A stretch of DNA of 64,000 bases from contig NC_058383.1 in the NCBI RefSeq assembly GCF_018350175.1, forward strand, positions 14,386,001 to 14,450,000. The letters run 5' to 3'. Positions 60,115-64,000 of the stretch are shown piece by piece. The translations under genes and the position numbers were made by a program. Each line of letters opens with the position of its first letter. Positions within the stretch are counted from its first letter, which is position 1. The notes below the pieces were generated by a model. The model made no database searches. It was not told the DNA's origin and was given only the letters and a program-made list of their open reading frames with translations. The DNA comes from Felis catus (Eukaryota).

Positions 60115-62053
60115 TTCTAGACCTTTCTTCTTTTTTTCTCTTTCCCAAACATTCACCCAACCTGTATTTTATCTCACAAGGTAGCTAACCAGACCCTTAA
60201 ATACACACATATATGAAGTGTTGATGGCTGATAATGGCTTAATGCGTTACCGCTTCTTTAGAAACTTTGTGCTTTTGCAAAAATTGTCTTCAAAGGATTA
60301 TTTGCAAATCGATTTCCCGAAGCCTACAGAAAATGTGATTAGCAAAGAGCCAAAGTGTTATGCTGAGAAGATTACTTGGAGGAAACATCTTACTAGAGAG
60401 TTTTGATGTGGTCTTTGTTTTAATAAAACAAGCCCGGGCAAAATCAGCCAGCCAAGGAAATGCTTTTGGAACCGGCAACTTCAATCCCCGCTGGCATTTT
60501 CTGCATCTGTGAAAAATCACACTCCAGAGAGATGAGCCTTTCCTTTATCCTCCACAAGGAAAGGCTCTTAATACCCAGACAGTTCACTTCCCAATCTGGA
60601 AGAAGTTGTTGTTTCGGTGTGAATTATCTCCTCAGCAACAAAAGGGAAAAGTGCTGCCTCCATTTAACAGACGAATCGCTGGCCTCTGGGTCCGATTTTC
60701 TTGTGAGATATCTGTGCGCCGGATACAGCATTTGCTTTTTAAAAAGGCAGCGTGGTCCTTACCCTTTTGGTATTTGTATGTATAGCAGAGGCAAATGGAA
60801 CTCTGAGTATTAAATTACTGTACTGTGCCAGTTGAGAATTCTATGCGAGCCAGCCAGCTCCTTCCCCCAAATTGTATTTTTAGTGCGGAGCAGCTGCAAG
60901 TTCCCAGAAATCTTCCGAGCGGGACCACTTACCCCACCCAGTGCGAGAGCTCTTAGCTGCTGCCTGTTTTTGGTGATCTTGTTTGGGAGACAGCCGGGAT
61001 ACCTAGGAGGGGGTGGGGTCAGACACACCACCAGGTTGCTCCTGGCTCTGGGCTTAACGTGCACGTGTCTGCCCTTGACCAGTTCACCTGACCCCTAACC
61101 CCCGATTCCTCGGCTGGAAACTGGGACGAGTAGTATCTACCAACGAGAGCTGCTCTGAGGGTCAGGGACAACTGGATTGTCCCAACGCAGCATCGATACG
61201 TCCGTTTTTTCGGCACGGGGCGTTGTCGGCCTGGATGGTGTGCCCAGCTCTCCTCCCCCATCCCTGCTCTGTCCTTTGGTCACTTGAGCACATCGGCATC
61301 TGTGCCATGGGGTGGCCGAGGAAGGGTGACATCCACGTGAGACACCCCTTCTGTGTGTGAGGAAACGGTGTCAGAGTCCTCGTCATTTGAAAGAAAGGCA
61401 CTGGAGTGAATACAATGCGATTAAGCAAGCTATTGCTGAAGAAGTTGACAAGATCACCCAAATACCCAGGGCTGGTTGTACCCTGGGAACGAGATTTGCG
61501 GAAATTCTTCGAAGGATAACCCCAGGGATGGCGTAGAGTTTTCTAGGCTTTTCCTGCAAACGGGGTCTTGGCGTCAGAAGGTGCTCCGCAAACAGATCTG
61601 GCCGTCAGCTAAAGCAGAAATGGGACCAATGAAAATGGCAGGTGTTTGAGTCTGAGGACCGAGGAAGGCAGCGAGTCCCGGTGAGGCAGGCCAGCTGGAA
61701 TCATGAGAGGAGAAAACAGGGTGAGCCCTGGATCCCTGACTCATGAGCCACGAATTTGGAGACGTGGCCACCAGAGATGGGGGCCAGGGGGCAGCTGGGA
61801 CCTATGAAAGCAGCAGTGGGTGTGAGGCAGGCAGGAGCAGATATCTCAGCTCTAATACCCTCCGCGGTGACCAAGATCGCGAGCCACGCCGTCACGCACC
61901 CTGGTAGGAGTAGTCACTGCAAATCAGGAGACCGAGGGGCAGAAGAAAGACCCTGGCCAGTGGCGGCCTTCCTTCTGAAAACAGCACATCACCTAGTCCC
62001 ATGGGCCACAGATCAACAGAGTCTCTGGTTTCTAGCACCTTCTTTCCCCTCTA

Positions 62054-62094
62054 CCCCTGGAGCCTGCTCTTCCCCTGGAGCCTGCTCTTCCCCC
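62054..62094. repeat. 18-bp tandem duplication
   Basis: CCCCTGGAGCCTGCTCTT x2 plus CCCCT. Confidence 0.9.
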
Positions 62095-63067
62095 TCCAGT
62101 GGCCTCGCTCACCAGTGATAACAAGGGTGCCGTCACTGCAACCACGAAATGTTTTTACTAAGAACCCATTACCGAAAAATCGTGTTTGCTTGCTCACTAG
62201 GACGGTACCTACAGAAGTCCTCAGGACTTCGCCTAACATAAAAAATTCATTTTTTTTTTTTAGAAAGAAAGACATGTGCTTTGAAGGGCGGGTAGGATTT
62301 GGATGGATGGAGGTGGTCCCAGGGAGGGCAGTTCAGAAGAAGGGACACACCGTCTGAACAACGAACAGCCCAGAGTCGCCAGGCCGTTGCATCTGTGGGG
62401 CATGTGGCTGGGACGGTACCGAGGAGGACTTGGGAGCGAAGGATGAGCCCGCCCTCAGCCGAGGAGAGAATAGGGAGCCAATGAAGGGGTGTGGTGGTGG
62501 GGGGGAAATACCTACAACCCAGACGGACCCATTGGCCCTTACGAGGAGAGGAAGTGTGGACGCTGAGAAGGCTTTGCATTTGGCGGACATTCTCCCTTCC
62601 GCCTCCCTCTCAGCTGGAACCGTTGTATGTGTTGCACATCTTCTGTGCGACAGCAACAATAAAAGTGATTATTTTTAATTTCTGTTCTTCTCCTCTGTAA
62701 TAGAGCTATTAGACTTTGGCAGATCCCTTAATATGATTATCATTTTTGAATGATTCTGAATGGAAATGTTTGCACTAATGGTGGTAATCACAGTCGAGTC
62801 TGAAGAACTTCACGTTCCGGGATCCCGTCCGCCCCGAAGCGCAGTCGGCTGTGGCCGGCAAGGCCGGGCAGGTGGCGAGGAGACCAGAGGGGAAGCGGGG
62901 CAAAGTTTGCCTCTTGGTTCTCGGTGGAAGGCCGGGTCTGGCTAAGCCTGCCACCCCTGGGGCAGCTCCCAGGTGGGGCTGGAAGATGGCCTGCTATAGC
63001 GAAGACCTGCTTGTTCCCGGGCGGAGCCCCAGCGGCTCGTCAGCGGCCAGGCGGTTCCAGAATTCAA

Positions 63068-63121
63068 TTTTTTTTTAACTTTTTTCCTTTAATGTTTATT
63101 TATTTTTGACGTGGGGGGAGG

Positions 63122-63157
<36 letters not shown>

Positions 63158-63291
63158 CACAGAATCCAAAGCAGGCTCCAGGCTCTGAGCTGTCGGCACA
63201 GAGCCCGACGTGGGGCTCGAACCCACAAACCGTGAGATCGTGACCTGCGCCGAAGTCGGACGCTTAACTGGCTGAGCCACCCAGGCGCCCC
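63068..63291 (-). mobile_element. Can-SINE
   Basis: reverse SINE with (GA)n; flanking GTTCCAGAATTCAA / GTTCCAGAACTCAA. Confidence 0.93.
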
Positions 63292-64000
63292 GGGTTGTTC
63301 CAGAACTCAAAGCAGTTGTCCCGCTGACCTCACCAGCAATGCCGGCCTGCCTGGCGGGGGGGTGGGGAGACCCAGTTCGATGTTGGCCACCTGCCGGGAG
63401 TCCTGCGCTGCCCCCAGCACTGTGGTCTTTGCTTCGCGGAGGCCGCCTCTGGTTCCGGCCTCCCTCGTCCACTGTCCTGTCAGGGGACACCTCGCGAGAG
63501 AGCCGAGACATGGAATGGCGTGCTCTCTCTTCTTGACACACCAGCAGGTTTGTCACCGTGACCTTTCGGGGACCTTTCCACATGCTGCCACCAACGATAA
63601 CGGTCACATATTTGTTCCACGTCTGCATTTCCTTAGGGCCGGTCACCTTGCCTTTCACCTTCAGCTCCTGACAGCCACCCAGGATGCATACAGAGGCCTG
63701 CTTTCCCGTGGCCATGGGCCCTGGCGCCACCCTGGCCCGGTTTCAGCGAGGAGGCCCTAAGGGACCTCTCAGTTCTGCTGCGAAGGATCCTGGGGCTTCT
63801 GGTAGCGAACCTAGCCGAATGTGCTGAACAGAGCTGTGACCAGCAGAGAGGGGCCCCGGAGCGGCTCATACGGTGAATTCCCTCCTTGCCACCACGCGTG
63901 AATAATCTCATCCAGATAAAGCCAGTTACACTAAAATATCATGCCGCTTGACAGGGAAAAATGTTTCCCAGAGGGCAATGCGAGAGGGATCTGGAGGGAA

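Noticed and set aside
63089..63730. 213-aa ORF
   Set aside because: Ends in a SINE; the remainder has no recognisable similarity.

Overview
Non-coding mammalian DNA, almost certainly from a felid, judging by the many tRNA-derived Can-SINEs of the SINEC_Fc type and carnivore/feline L1 3' ends. I see no credible protein-coding exon, RNA gene or CRISPR array; most long ORFs are SINE- or microsatellite-derived or chance frames. The window is intergenic or intronic and dense in repeats: ~19 Can-SINEs, three 5'-inverted L1s, old L1M/L2/MIR, MaLR (MLT1), MER68- and MER34-like LTRs, and hAT/Tigger DNA-transposon relics. Several repeat-free, AT-rich, motif-dense blocks resemble conserved non-coding enhancers, and there is one good CTCF-like site. 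The most notable signals read from the sequence are two short inverted copies of nearby DNA (14992-15105 from 17441-17554; 37331-37388 from 44687-44744) that look like templated-repair scars. Also notable are the clustered junctions of the inverted L1s and repeated SINE insertion into the same target site. I found no evidence for a new gene system. Repeat family names come from recalled consensus sequences and boundaries of old repeats are approximate; both need RepeatMasker confirmation.
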